Shown here piece after piece: positions 1-11,792 of a stretch of 64,000 nt of DNA (position 1 is the stretch's first letter; each line of letters begins with the position of its first letter). This DNA is from Cyanobacteriota bacterium (GTDB taxonomy: Bacteria > Cyanobacteriota > Cyanobacteriia > Cyanobacteriales > Nostocaceae): the NCBI GenBank assembly GCA_046045965.1, contig JBJOKS010000013.1, positions 73,490 to 137,489 on the forward strand, given 5' to 3'. The translations under genes and the position numbers were made by a program. Below the pieces are notes generated by a model, which worked only from the letters and a program-made list of their open reading frames with translations, did not search any database and was not told where the DNA came from.

Positions 1-1
1 T

Positions 2-451
<450 letters not shown>

Positions 452-539
452 GGAGGCAGGAGGCAGGAGGCAGGAGGCAGGAGGCAGGAGGCAGGAGGCA
501 GGAGGCAGGAGGCAGGAGGCAGGAGGCAGGAGGCAGGAG
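452..539 (+). repeat. STRR heptamer array (GGAGGCA) x~12
   Basis: Perfect tandem heptamers immediately after the fabG stop. Confidence 0.95.
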
Positions 540-564
540 AAATGAAAATTGTAACTTTTGCCTT

Positions 565-662
565 TTCCTATTCCCTATTCCCTGTTTTTTGACTTTTGAC
601 TTTTGACTTTTGACTTTTGACTTTTGACTTTTGACTTGATTTTTCCCTGTTCCCTGTTCCCT
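565..662 (+). repeat. STRR arrays (TTCCCTA/TTCCCTG and TTTTGAC x~7)
   Basis: Tandem heptamers between convergent fabG and glycosyltransferase genes. Confidence 0.9.
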
Positions 663-667
663 AACTC

Positions 668-1747
668 CTAATTATTCTTAATTCTTTGCAAAACCGTAAA
701 ACCCAAAAGCAAAATAATACTAGCAGCAGAAGCCAGTATCACAGGTAAAGTCATCCCTTGTATTGTCATTGCCAGCAAATTGAAAAACAAAGTAACTGAC
801 CACAGAGTAAAAGCCGCACGACGTTGGGAAAAACCCCAAGCCAGCAACCGGTGATGTAAGTGGTCTTTACCGGGGGTACTCAGAGGGTTTTTTCCCGCTA
901 AAAGTCGCCTGACAAACACCTGAGTGGTATCTAAAACTGGCAACATCAGAAATAAAACCGTTGGTATCAGGGCATAAACTGTACTTTGTTGCAATTTGCC
1001 TAAAATGCTAGTCGCAGCTAGTACATAGCCGAAAAAATAAGCTCCCGCATCACCCATAATGATCCGTGAAGGATAGAAATTATGGCGTAAAAAGCCCAGT
1101 GCTGCACCTCCCAAAGCAGCTAATACCAGAGTTGCTGCTGCCCGGTTATCAAACTGAGCAGAAACCCCCAACAAACTCATCGCCGTAATAAAACTGATCC
1201 CCCCTGCCAAACCATCCATACCATCCATCAAATTGATAGCATTAGTAATACCAACTACCCACAACACAGTCAAAGCCATTGACAATAGAGAGTCAATAGG
1301 TGTACCAAAAGCAACATTAATACTAATGCCATTAGCCACCAGCAACAATGCCGTGATCATCTGCGCCCACAAACGCACAGAAGGAGGTAAACCAAATTGA
1401 TCATCAATAAAGCCAACCAAGACCAGAATAGAACCCCCTAACAAAATCGTTAGTACCTGAGCTAATACGCCTTGGAGTTCAATTGGTCGTAAAAGACTAG
1501 CTAATACTAAAGCGGCAATAACACCGGCATAGATAGCCAAACCCCCCGCATTGGGTAAAGGTTCTCGGTTAAGTCGTCGGGCGTTCGGTTGGTCAGCCCA
1601 ACCCACCCGCAGGGCAAATTGACGGATAGCGGGAATTAAACGCCAAGTGACAACCCAAGCCAAAATAAAAGTAAATACTACCGCCAACCAGCCGGTGCCG
1701 CTAGGGTTAGCAATACCAAGGGATCTAAGGGAGTTGTCTAAATTCAT
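668..1747 (-). CDS. MraY/WecA-family UDP-GlcNAc:undecaprenyl-phosphate GlcNAc-1-P transferase
   Basis: Multi-TM; GFIDD, NAINLMDGMDGL, IMGDAG, HLHHRL motifs; ATG 1747 preferred over TTG 1759. Confidence 0.9.
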   Translation of the reverse strand: MNLDNSLRSLGIANPSGTGWLAVVFTFILAWVVTWRLIPAIRQFALRVGWADQPNARRLNREPLPNAGGLAIYAGVIAALVLASLLRPIELQGVLAQVLTILLGGSILVLVGFIDDQFGLPPSVRLWAQMITALLLVANGISINVAFGTPIDSLLSMALTVLWVVGITNAINLMDGMDGLAGGISFITAMSLLGVSAQFDNRAAATLVLAALGGAALGFLRHNFYPSRIIMGDAGAYFFGYVLAATSILGKLQQSTVYALIPTVLFLMLPVLDTTQVFVRRLLAGKNPLSTPGKDHLHHRLLAWGFSQRRAAFTLWSVTLFFNLLAMTIQGMTLPVILASAASIILLLGFTVLQRIKNN

Positions 1748-1846
1748 CTCCCGATTCAACCATTACTGCTAGTTTCCAAAATAAGTATCAACTGTAATAT
1801 TAATCAATTTTTTATGACTATTTGTTAAATTGAATAACTGAAGCAG

Positions 1847-3585
<1,739 letters not shown>

Positions 3586-3622
3586 TTACCGCTTTCCCTA
3601 ATCAATAATTTTTAATTTTTTT

Positions 3623-3659
3623 ACAGTTTGTCTTGACAAAATCAGGCAAACTGTTTTTT
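3623..3659 (+). terminator. Rho-independent terminator of groEL
   Basis: ACAGTTTGTCT...AGGCAAACTGT hairpin followed by a T run. Confidence 0.75.
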
Positions 3660-3661
3660 AT

Positions 3662-3717
3662 ACAGGAAACAGGGAACAGGGAACAGGGAACAGGAAACAG
3701 GAAACAGGAAACAGGAA
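3662..3717 (+). repeat. STRR array (ACAGGGA/ACAGGAA) x~8
   Basis: Tandem heptamers. Confidence 0.9.
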
Positions 3718-3854
3718 CTGAGGTTAGTTCAGTTATAGTAGAAGGCAAGAGTGAAACCCCTGCTATGATTAGGTTTTAAGGATCAATAATATCCTAATCT
3801 GAATGGCTACAGCTAGATCAAAAGCTAACTGCTAACTGCTATAGGTAAAATTTG

Positions 3855-5000
3855 ATGATTAAAAAAAATCGCCGTCTACCCAAAGGCATAAATAAACCTA
3901 CTTATCTACAGGAATATTATCATCAACCAGGAACTCCACCAGGAACCATAATTGTTGATGAAAATGCTGAACAACCAAATATTATTTTGATTGACTACAA
4001 CCAAACTAATCTGATTCGTCAACAAATAACTAACCCTGAAGATTGCGCTAATTATTTGGATACAACATCTGTTTCTTGGGTGGATGTTCAAGGTTTAGGT
4101 AATAGAGACATTTTAGAAAGATTGGGTAAAGTTTTTGATTTGCATCCTCTCGTTTTGGAAGATGTGATGAATATGGCAGAACGTCCAAAAATTGAGGATT
4201 ATGAAGACCAGTTATTGATTATTGCTCGGATGGTAGTACCGAAAGGAAGAAGTTATGGTTTTCATAGTGAACAAGTGAGTTTTGTGTTGGGAAAACATTA
4301 TTTACTTACAGTTCAAGAAGAACCAGAGTATGATTGCTTTGACGGAGTAAGAATGCGAATTGAAAAAAATAAAGGCACAATTCGCAAACAAGGAGCAGAT
4401 TATTTAGCTTATGCTCTATTAGATGCAATTATTGATGGTTTTTTTCCAGTGCTAGAACTCTATGGAGAACGCATTGAAGAATTAGAGGAAGAAGTAATAG
4501 TCAAACCTACTCCACAAACATTACAACAAATTTACCAAATTCGGCGAGAATTATTACAATTACGTCGTGCGATTTGGCCTCAAAGGGATGCTATTAATTC
4601 TTTGATTAGAGACAGTAGTGAAATAATTAGTGATGAAGTAAGGATTTATTTAAGAGACTGTTATGATCATACCGTGCAAGTGATGGATATGGTCGAAACT
4701 TACCGAGAATTAGCATCTGGTCTGATGGATGTCTATCTTTCAGCAGTTAGCAATAAAATGAATGAAGTGATGAAATTACTCACCGTGGTTTCATCAATTT
4801 TTATTCCTCTAACTTTTGTAGCTGGAATCTATGGGATGAATTTTAATACTGAAAAATCACCATATAATATGCCGGAATTAAATTGGTATTGGGGTTATCC
4901 ATTGTGCTTAGGATTGATGGGGGTCATCGCTGGTGGGTTAATTTTCTTCTTTTGGCGACGGGGTTGGTTGACAAATTCATTGTATATTAAACAAAAATAA
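3855..5000 (+). CDS. corA: Magnesium/cobalt transporter CorA
   Basis: GIYGMNF signature, MPELNW, two C-terminal TMs. Confidence 0.95.
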   Translation: MIKKNRRLPKGINKPTYLQEYYHQPGTPPGTIIVDENAEQPNIILIDYNQTNLIRQQITNPEDCANYLDTTSVSWVDVQGLGNRDILERLGKVFDLHPLVLEDVMNMAERPKIEDYEDQLLIIARMVVPKGRSYGFHSEQVSFVLGKHYLLTVQEEPEYDCFDGVRMRIEKNKGTIRKQGADYLAYALLDAIIDGFFPVLELYGERIEELEEEVIVKPTPQTLQQIYQIRRELLQLRRAIWPQRDAINSLIRDSSEIISDEVRIYLRDCYDHTVQVMDMVETYRELASGLMDVYLSAVSNKMNEVMKLLTVVSSIFIPLTFVAGIYGMNFNTEKSPYNMPELNWYWGYPLCLGLMGVIAGGLIFFFWRRGWLTNSLYIKQK

Positions 5001-5036
5001 GGATTAAAAACTTTACAGGGAGTTATTTGCAGTTTT

Positions 5037-5753
5037 ATGGCAGTACAAAGTGGTGATCAAAATCTGATTGTTTTGATGGTTTATATATTGGGGATATATT
5101 ACACATTCAATCGCATGATTGAATCTATTGATGATATGGTGACACTAGATTTCCAAAAAGGTGCTGTTGATGAACAATTGAAAGAACAAAACCTTCAGGA
5201 TAAAATTGGTATTTCTTTTGGTACAGGTACATATTCTTTAGAGAAACTGAAAGACAATTTAAAAGAATTGTCAATTAGCATCGAGAATAAGTCAGAAAGT
5301 TTAGCGGTATATGTAGACTGGGACAATAGCTCTTGGGTAGTTGAACATAACAAAAAATCCCGCCGAGTGATTCGCAAATCTCCAGACCTCAGCCGTGACT
5401 TGGCAATACCACAGGTTCCTACTATTATTGCTCCCAAGAAAACAATTTCTGAAAATGTCACGGCAGAAGATATTTTAAGAAGGGACAAAGAAACAGGTAC
5501 ATATCAACCAGGAGAACCCTTAATTGATATAGTTGCAATGAAGAATCAAAAGCCTTTCAAGGGTTTGTACAAAGACTTTATGGATCGTAAAAAGAAGGTG
5601 GAATTTTCTTTTCAACTGGTGCTAAGGATATCTGAGTTGCGTGTTGGTTTAGCTCCTGGTGTGAATGTTCCTCCCATATCAATTATTAATTGTCCTTTCA
5701 CTATCGAGAAACTACCCTGGACATATGCCTTACCTTGGAATAAGAAAAAGTAA
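5037..5753 (+). CDS. Hypothetical protein with N-terminal TM helix
   Basis: 238-aa ORF with ATG start, same strand directly after corA; no recognised motif. Confidence 0.7.
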   Translation: MAVQSGDQNLIVLMVYILGIYYTFNRMIESIDDMVTLDFQKGAVDEQLKEQNLQDKIGISFGTGTYSLEKLKDNLKELSISIENKSESLAVYVDWDNSSWVVEHNKKSRRVIRKSPDLSRDLAIPQVPTIIAPKKTISENVTAEDILRRDKETGTYQPGEPLIDIVAMKNQKPFKGLYKDFMDRKKKVEFSFQLVLRISELRVGLAPGVNVPPISIINCPFTIEKLPWTYALPWNKKK

Positions 5754-5797
5754 TAATTATCCACACAGAAGGGGCGATCAAAGCTTAAACTGGATGT

Positions 5798-6235
5798 AGG
5801 AGGAGAGTAGGCGTAGGCAGTTGCAGATCAGTTATTAAGACTGGTTTGAGGAAAGTCCGGACTCCCGAAAGACCAAACTTGCTGGATAACGTCCAGTGCG
5901 AGCGATCGTGAGGATAGTGCCACAGAAAGATACCGCCAATACTGGGGACTGGGTACTAGGGACTGGGTACTGGGGAAGAATTTTCCCAATCCCCGATCCC
6001 CAATCCCCGATCCCCAATCTTGGTAAGGGTGCAAAGGTGCGGTAAGAGCGCACCAGCAGCATCGAGAGGTGCTGGCTCGGTAAACCCCGGTTGGGAGCAA
6101 GGCCAGAGGAACTATGGTTGGTCTTTTACCAGTTCCGTCAAACAAGCGCCGCTAGAGGTGTCTGGTAACAGGCATCCCAGATAGATAACTGCCCTCGCAA
6201 GAGAACAGAACCCGGCTTACTACCGACTCTCTTCT
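5798..6235 (+). ncRNA. rnpB: RNase P RNA (type A)
   Basis: GAGGAAAGTCCGG, AGTGCCACAGAAA, GGGTGCAAAGGTGCGGTAAGAGCGCACC, ACAGAACCCGGCTTA; 5' AGGAGAGT pairs with 3' ACTCTCTTCT. Confidence 0.97.
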
Positions 6236-6237
6236 GA

Positions 6238-6278
6238 AACGAATTATGGATTTTTTATTTTCCATAGTTCGTTTTTTT
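6238..6278. terminator. Terminator hairpin between convergent rnpB and thioredoxin-like gene
   Basis: AACGAATTATGGA...TCCATAGTTCGTT plus T run. Confidence 0.7.
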
Positions 6279-6290
6279 GAATGGATGTCT

Positions 6291-6542
6291 CTAATTTATG
6301 GGTTGACCTACACCAGCGGCTTGCAACTGCTCTAGACTCGGTTTACCAGTTAAGACAAGTTTTCCGTTGATGACGATCGCTGGCACGGCATTTACTCCAT
6401 ACTGCTGGGCTTTCTCCTGCTCTTGTCGCATATTATAAACTGATACTTCACAGCTAGGACAAATCATATCTTGCACCATCTGCACTGTTTCATCACAAAG
6501 AGGACAGTCAGCTGTAAAAATCTCAATTTGACGTTTTGTCAT
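6291..6542 (-). CDS. Small thioredoxin/glutaredoxin-like protein
   Basis: CPLC redox motif, second CPSC, YGVNAVPAIVING; ATG at 6542. Confidence 0.85.
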   Translation of the reverse strand: MTKRQIEIFTADCPLCDETVQMVQDMICPSCEVSVYNMRQEQEKAQQYGVNAVPAIVINGKLVLTGKPSLEQLQAAGVGQPIN

Positions 6543-6572
6543 GATGTCCACCAAAATTCTTTTTACTCATTC

Positions 6573-6604
6573 ATTCTCAAGCCTATAGTTGACTATAGAG
6601 TCAA
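6573..6604 (-). promoter_or_regulatory. MerR-family (CadR/PbrR/ZntR-like) promoter-operator
   Basis: Minus strand TTGACT-ctatagtcaactataggctt-GAGAAT: long 19-20 bp spacer containing the perfect dyad CTATAGT-CA-ACTATAG. Confidence 0.75.
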
Positions 6605-6749
6605 CCCCATCTGAACATAATTTTCCAAATAACCTGAATTTAACAAGTTCGTTGAGTACGTCGTGCTGACGGATATTAGGCTCAATTTGCAATTGATGAA
6701 CTATGCCCTTTTCTTAAAGGAGTGACAATTTCACATTCCACAAGGGGTA

Positions 6750-6808
6750 TAGTTTAAGTGGACTCTTTGAACCAAGAATCTCCGCGCCTTTAGGTCGGAG
6801 AGTGTTAA
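6750..6808 (+). mobile_element. IS200/IS605 (TnpB) right-end remnant
   Basis: GACTCTTTGAACCAAGAATCTCCGCGCCTTTAGGTCGGAGAGTGTTAA resembles the cyanobacterial IS605 right-end hairpin ending in GTGTCAA; no tnpA/tnpB ORF. Confidence 0.65.
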
Positions 6809-6857
6809 ATTGAATGCTAAGTTAAGAGTTATTAGCCCTTTTTTCCATACTTACCTA

Positions 6858-7583
6858 ATGTCTCGCGTTTATCCTCGCCGTCAACGGCAACTTGAAAGTT
6901 TAGTCCAAAAGTTAGGTTTGTCACTAGATAGTCCGATAAAGTGGCCGTTACTTGACTTGGCTCTAACTCATGCTACTGTTTCGGAGTCGGCAAATTATGA
7001 ACAGCTGGAGTTTGTGGGTGATGCGGTGGTGCGGCTGGTTGCTGCTGTGGTGTTATGGGAACATTACCCCGACTGCTCGGTGGGTGATTTTGCGGCTATT
7101 CGTTCGGTTTTGGTGAGCGATCGCATTCTCTCCAAATTAGCACGAGAATATGGTTTAGAATTATACTTACTGGTAGCAGGTAGTGCTACTGCTGATCAAG
7201 TTGGTCAAGAGTCACGTCTAGCAGATTCTTTTGAAGCAGTTCTAGGTGCGCTTTATCTCAGCACTAACAATTTAGACCTGATTCGCCCTTGGTTAGATCC
7301 GCACTTCATGGAATTGACACAAGAAATTCGCCTTGATCCGGCTAGACTCAACTATAAAGCGGCTCTGCAAGAATGGACTCAGGCACAATTTAAAGTTTTA
7401 CCAGAGTACCGAGTTATGGAAGTTAATCAACCCCATCGTACTCATGAGCGTTTCTTGGCTGAAGTTTGGTTACATGAGAAAATGTTAGGACAAGGTAAGG
7501 GACGCTCTATTAAAGCGGCTGAACAAGCTGCTGCAAAAATTGCTTACTTGGCGGTTACTGAAGAGGTGACAGGTGACAGGTGA
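6858..7583 (+). CDS. rnc: Ribonuclease III
   Basis: NYEQLEFVGDAV, ADSFEAVLGA, dsRBD NYKAALQE...AEQAAAK. Confidence 0.95.
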   Translation: MSRVYPRRQRQLESLVQKLGLSLDSPIKWPLLDLALTHATVSESANYEQLEFVGDAVVRLVAAVVLWEHYPDCSVGDFAAIRSVLVSDRILSKLAREYGLELYLLVAGSATADQVGQESRLADSFEAVLGALYLSTNNLDLIRPWLDPHFMELTQEIRLDPARLNYKAALQEWTQAQFKVLPEYRVMEVNQPHRTHERFLAEVWLHEKMLGQGKGRSIKAAEQAAAKIAYLAVTEEVTGDR

Positions 7584-7645
7584 CAGTAAAGAGGCAGGGG
7601 AGCAGGGAGCAGGGGGAAAAGATTTATACCAGTGACTAATAACTA

Positions 7646-8671
7646 ATGAGTAAAATTAAACTGGCAATTATTGGTGTTGGGCGTTGGGGAGTACATTTGT
7701 TGAGGAATTTTCTGGCACATCCTCAAGTAAGTGTAGTGGCTGTAGTAGATCCACATCAAGAAAAATTAGCAGCAGCCAAACAACAGTTTGATTTAGATGA
7801 AAATGTATTATTAACAACCGAGAGGGAATCTATAAAGCAGATTTCGGGACTATCAGCAGTGGCGATCGCAACTCCCGCTACCACTCACTATAGCTTAATT
7901 AAAGATTCTCTTCAGCACGGATATCATGTTTTGGCAGAAAAACCCCTGACTCTTGACCCAGAAGAATGTCGGGAACTGTGCCAATTAGCAGAGTATCAGC
8001 AATTGATCCTCATGGTTGACCATACTTATTTATTTCACCCAGCAGTGGAAAAAGGTCAAACGGTAGTTCAAGCTGGTCAGTTGGGTGATTTACGTTATGG
8101 TTATGCTACCCGTACTCATTTGGGACCTGTACGCCAAGATGTTGATGCACTATGGGATTTAGCAATTCATGATATTGCGATTTTCAACACTTGGTTAGGT
8201 AAATTACCTGTAAAAGTACAAGCAACGGGTACAGTTTGGTTACAGGAAAATAGGACAGAAAGCCAGGGTTTAGCGGATTTAGTTTGGGTAACGCTGACTT
8301 ATCCAGATAATTTTCAAGCATATATTCACCTATGCTGGTTGAATCCTGATAAACAGCGTCGGTTAGGAATTGTAGGTAGTAAAGGAAGTTTGATTTTTGA
8401 TGAAATGTCAACTTCATCTCCTTTAACCCTGATACATGGAGAGTTTAGCAAAGAGGGAGATTTATTTATACCTGTAAATCAACGTCAGGAAGTGCTGGAA
8501 ATTGCCAAAGCTGAACCATTAGGAAAAGTGTGCGATCGCTTTGTTACCAATGTCCAAAAAAATACCCCCTCACTCATTTCATCCGGGTGGGTAGGTAGAG
8601 AGTTAGTAGAAATTCTCAGTGCTTTAACTACATCCCTCAACCAAGGCGGTAAATCGATCAAAATCACCTAA
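7646..8671 (+). CDS. Gfo/Idh/MocA oxidoreductase
   Basis: IIGVGRWG Rossmann motif, EKPL, WDLAIHD. Confidence 0.9.
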   Translation: MSKIKLAIIGVGRWGVHLLRNFLAHPQVSVVAVVDPHQEKLAAAKQQFDLDENVLLTTERESIKQISGLSAVAIATPATTHYSLIKDSLQHGYHVLAEKPLTLDPEECRELCQLAEYQQLILMVDHTYLFHPAVEKGQTVVQAGQLGDLRYGYATRTHLGPVRQDVDALWDLAIHDIAIFNTWLGKLPVKVQATGTVWLQENRTESQGLADLVWVTLTYPDNFQAYIHLCWLNPDKQRRLGIVGSKGSLIFDEMSTSSPLTLIHGEFSKEGDLFIPVNQRQEVLEIAKAEPLGKVCDRFVTNVQKNTPSLISSGWVGRELVEILSALTTSLNQGGKSIKIT

Positions 8672-8808
8672 AAATTAATTTTAATTCTAAATTAAGAATT
8701 TAACAGCGTAAATATGTGGATTTTATCTGTAAAATTTAAATCCTATAGGGTTATTTTTTAACTCAAAACCGATATTTTTGTACCAATTTACAACTTAACA
8801 ATAAACTT

Positions 8809-9582
8809 ATGACATCCCCAGATTCAATCAACCCTGGAACTCTCAAATCTCTATCTGAGTTTGTGCAACTCAACCCACCTGCTATATTTATCACTGATGC
8901 TCACCCAGACCTGATCAAAGAAATACAGGAAATTCTGAAGATAGAAGTAGATGGTATCGTCGGTCCTTTAACCAAGCAAGCTTTCGCAGAATTTAAGGAA
9001 TTTAACCAACTACAATATCCCTTGGGACTAGGAGTAACTACAGCTAAGGAGTTACTAGAGTTCAAAGGTAAGGAAGAAACCGCAAGTACCACGGATGACA
9101 GCACTGGTTCAGAAGCAAAACTCAATCCTTCTGCTGGTTCACGTACAGGTGCAACCATGAAACTTCCTGGAGGTGAAATAGTCTATGCAAACCAATATAT
9201 TGTTGAAGGTATTCCTCTAACTTGGGGTGAAGCTACCAAAAATTGTACTCGTATTCCTACAAGTGCTGAATATGTAGCAAATGCCATCAAAGTGGCGAAA
9301 ACTTGGGGACCAGTGAGAGAGAAGTTTGGTTCACCCATCAGAATTACTTCTGGTTATCGTCCACCCCAAGTCAACAAGTCAATAGGAGGCGCTCGGAATA
9401 GTCAGCATCTCTACTTCCGAGCTATAGATATGATACCTATGAACGGAGACTTTAGAAAGCTTTGGGATGTGTTAAAAGCTTCTCAATTTTCAGGTTTGGG
9501 AGATGCTGTTTTTATGGGACGAAATAAAGGATTTTTCCATGCTGACATTCGACCCGGTGGAAGAGTTATTTTCCCTTACTAA
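8809..9582 (+). CDS. Peptidoglycan-binding domain + peptidase M15A (D-Ala-D-Ala carboxypeptidase/endolysin-like)
   Basis: VDGIVGPLT PG-binding motif; SGYRPPQVN..GGARNSQH..AID..FFHADIR Zn-peptidase motifs. Confidence 0.8.
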   Translation: MTSPDSINPGTLKSLSEFVQLNPPAIFITDAHPDLIKEIQEILKIEVDGIVGPLTKQAFAEFKEFNQLQYPLGLGVTTAKELLEFKGKEETASTTDDSTGSEAKLNPSAGSRTGATMKLPGGEIVYANQYIVEGIPLTWGEATKNCTRIPTSAEYVANAIKVAKTWGPVREKFGSPIRITSGYRPPQVNKSIGGARNSQHLYFRAIDMIPMNGDFRKLWDVLKASQFSGLGDAVFMGRNKGFFHADIRPGGRVIFPY

Positions 9583-9617
9583 TAACTCAATCTGCTAATT
9601 ATACAATCAAATTAAAG

Positions 9618-9647
9618 CCCCCCTTTTTAAGGGGGGTTGGGGGGATC
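9618..9647. repeat. Dispersed palindromic repeat CCCCCCTTTTTAAGGGGGGTTGGGGGGATC
   Basis: GC hairpin between convergent genes. Confidence 0.7.
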
Positions 9648-11565
9648 AAACACAAGGAAACAGCGTAATTGTTTTATCTCCACTTCCAGCAGCTAAAATC
9701 TTCCCATCTGGACTGAAAGCAACTGCATAAACCGCATCATCAGCACATTTGACACTGGAAATTTCTGCACCACTATCTACAACCCATAATTTCACAGTTT
9801 TATCTTTACTAGCACTAGCTAAAATCTGACCATTGGGACTAAAAGCAACTGCATAAACCGCTTCAGAATGTCCATTTAAAACCTTAATTTCCTGACCAGT
9901 TTCTACATCCCACAGCTTAATAGTTTTATCTTGATTACCACTAGCTAAAATCTTACCATCAGCACTAAAAGCTAAAGCATTAATAGCACCAACAAACCAA
10001 TCAGAACTTACCGTTAAAGCTGTTAAAGTTCTCACTTTGTTTTCAGCTAATTGAAAGATTTTGATAGTTTTATCATTATTACCTCCACAACTGGCTAAAA
10101 GTTTACCATCTGGACTAAAAGCTACACACAAAACATCATCTATATGACCTTTAAAAGAGTAAATTTCCTTTTCTGTTTCTAAAGACCAAAGTTTAACTGT
10201 TTTATCTTTACTACCACTAGCTAAAACTTTGCCAAATGGACTAAATACTACAGAATTAACCTTCTCTTCATGTCCTGTGAAAGTGAGAATTTTATTACCT
10301 GTTTCTACATCCCATAATCTAATAGTTTTATCATTACCACCACTTGCTAATATTGTACCATCGGGACTAAAAGCAACTGAGTTAATACCTCCACTCCAAG
10401 CAGCATCTTGATGTCCTTCTAAAGTACGATGTTGCTGAGTTGTTAAATCCCAAATTTTGATAGTTTTGTCATCACTTCCACTAATTAAACTTTTTCCATC
10501 AGGACTAAAAGCAACTGAAGAAATTTTATATTCATGACCTTTTAAAGTTCCCACAAATAATAAGTTTTCTAATAATTTATCTGTGTTTTCTTCAGATGCA
10601 GATATCGTAGGAATTGCTTGATTAAATTCGACTTTGATACTAGAATTTTGTAAAGGTTGAATATTTGATTGATTTGCTGTCTCCAGCGGTTTGATTAAAG
10701 AATTAAATGTGATTAAAGCATCAAATGAAGTATCTAATGCTGTTAAGGATTCATGTACAGAATCAAAAATATCATTGAATCTAGAATTTTCACTGTTTTG
10801 ATTTTGTTTAACTTGCTCAAACTCCTCAATTTGTGTAGCAAAAGCTTGATTTAATTGCTGGATGGAATTATCAATATTTTCACAGCGATAATTAATATCA
10901 GCAAGTTGATGACTAAGTTGCGAAAATTCTAAAGTTCGATTTTCTTGATTTTCTCTTAATTCTGCTAATTCTTTTTGACTTTTTTCACTCCAATTTTTTA
11001 GATATTTATCAATTTCCTCAATCTTGCTTGTTTGAGAATTAACAACTTCAATTTTTTCAATCCTTTGATTTAAGTGGTAAAATTCAGATTGTATTTCCTC
11101 AACAATGTTTAATTTTTCTTCTTGTTGCTGAATCTGCTGCTGTAAATTTTTTAGTGAATTACTTAATTCTGTCAAACTGTTGTTAATATCTTGAATTTGT
11201 TCAGGAAATTGGTTAATTTCTGTACTCAATTTTTGTAGTGAGATTTCAATTTTTTGATCAATAAGTTGGTTTAATTGTTGTTTCCAAACTTCAATTTGTT
11301 GTAACCTCTGATTAGATGTATTCATAGTTTCCTGTACTTGGTAAAAGTTATCTGTGATATTTTGCAGACTTGTTTGTAATTGTTCAATTTTTTGTTGCGA
11401 CTGAGAATAATTAAACTGGGAACGAGTCGCTAAATTTGCTATACTTAAAATCACAGGTATAACTGCATAAACCACCTGTTGAGTCACTGTTGCTGCTATT
11501 GTTCCCAATACTATTAAACCCAAGCATACATACTCGCTAATTTCTAGCCATTGACGTTTGCTCAT
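9646..11565 (-). CDS. Membrane-anchored coiled-coil WD40-repeat protein
   Basis: N-terminal TM pair, Q/E-rich coiled coil, 7 GH...AFSPDG...WD repeats. Confidence 0.9.
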   Translation of the reverse strand: MSKRQWLEISEYVCLGLIVLGTIAATVTQQVVYAVIPVILSIANLATRSQFNYSQSQQKIEQLQTSLQNITDNFYQVQETMNTSNQRLQQIEVWKQQLNQLIDQKIEISLQKLSTEINQFPEQIQDINNSLTELSNSLKNLQQQIQQQEEKLNIVEEIQSEFYHLNQRIEKIEVVNSQTSKIEEIDKYLKNWSEKSQKELAELRENQENRTLEFSQLSHQLADINYRCENIDNSIQQLNQAFATQIEEFEQVKQNQNSENSRFNDIFDSVHESLTALDTSFDALITFNSLIKPLETANQSNIQPLQNSSIKVEFNQAIPTISASEENTDKLLENLLFVGTLKGHEYKISSVAFSPDGKSLISGSDDKTIKIWDLTTQQHRTLEGHQDAAWSGGINSVAFSPDGTILASGGNDKTIRLWDVETGNKILTFTGHEEKVNSVVFSPFGKVLASGSKDKTVKLWSLETEKEIYSFKGHIDDVLCVAFSPDGKLLASCGGNNDKTIKIFQLAENKVRTLTALTVSSDWFVGAINALAFSADGKILASGNQDKTIKLWDVETGQEIKVLNGHSEAVYAVAFSPNGQILASASKDKTVKLWVVDSGAEISSVKCADDAVYAVAFSPDGKILAAGSGDKTITLFPCV

Positions 11566-11792
11566 TCTGCTTAATTTATGATCCGGTTTATACAGTATAT
11601 TTATGCAAAAGTTTTATTGTCAATAATCATTTTTTACTCTCTTCCCAGTCCCCAGTCACCAGTCACCAATCCCAAAATTGCTATAATCAATAAAATATGA
11701 TATGATGAGTAGTTCTCTAAAACAGTGCTGGGTGAAGAACGTAGATAGAAAACTCAGCACATCTACACACTCAGCACAAAGAACTCTAGTTT

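Noticed and set aside
452..662. Tandem repeats as a possible CRISPR array
   Set aside because: Pure heptamer repeats with no unique spacers and no cas genes; these are STRRs. No CRISPR array was seen anywhere in the window.
5828..6145. ORFs of 105 and 75 aa on the minus strand
   Set aside because: Antisense shadows of rnpB; the GIGDWG text is translated STRR
6655..6680. Short frame VRRADGY* resembling the IscB C-terminal motif
   Set aside because: Only 7 codons preceded by a stop; indistinguishable from chance without alignment
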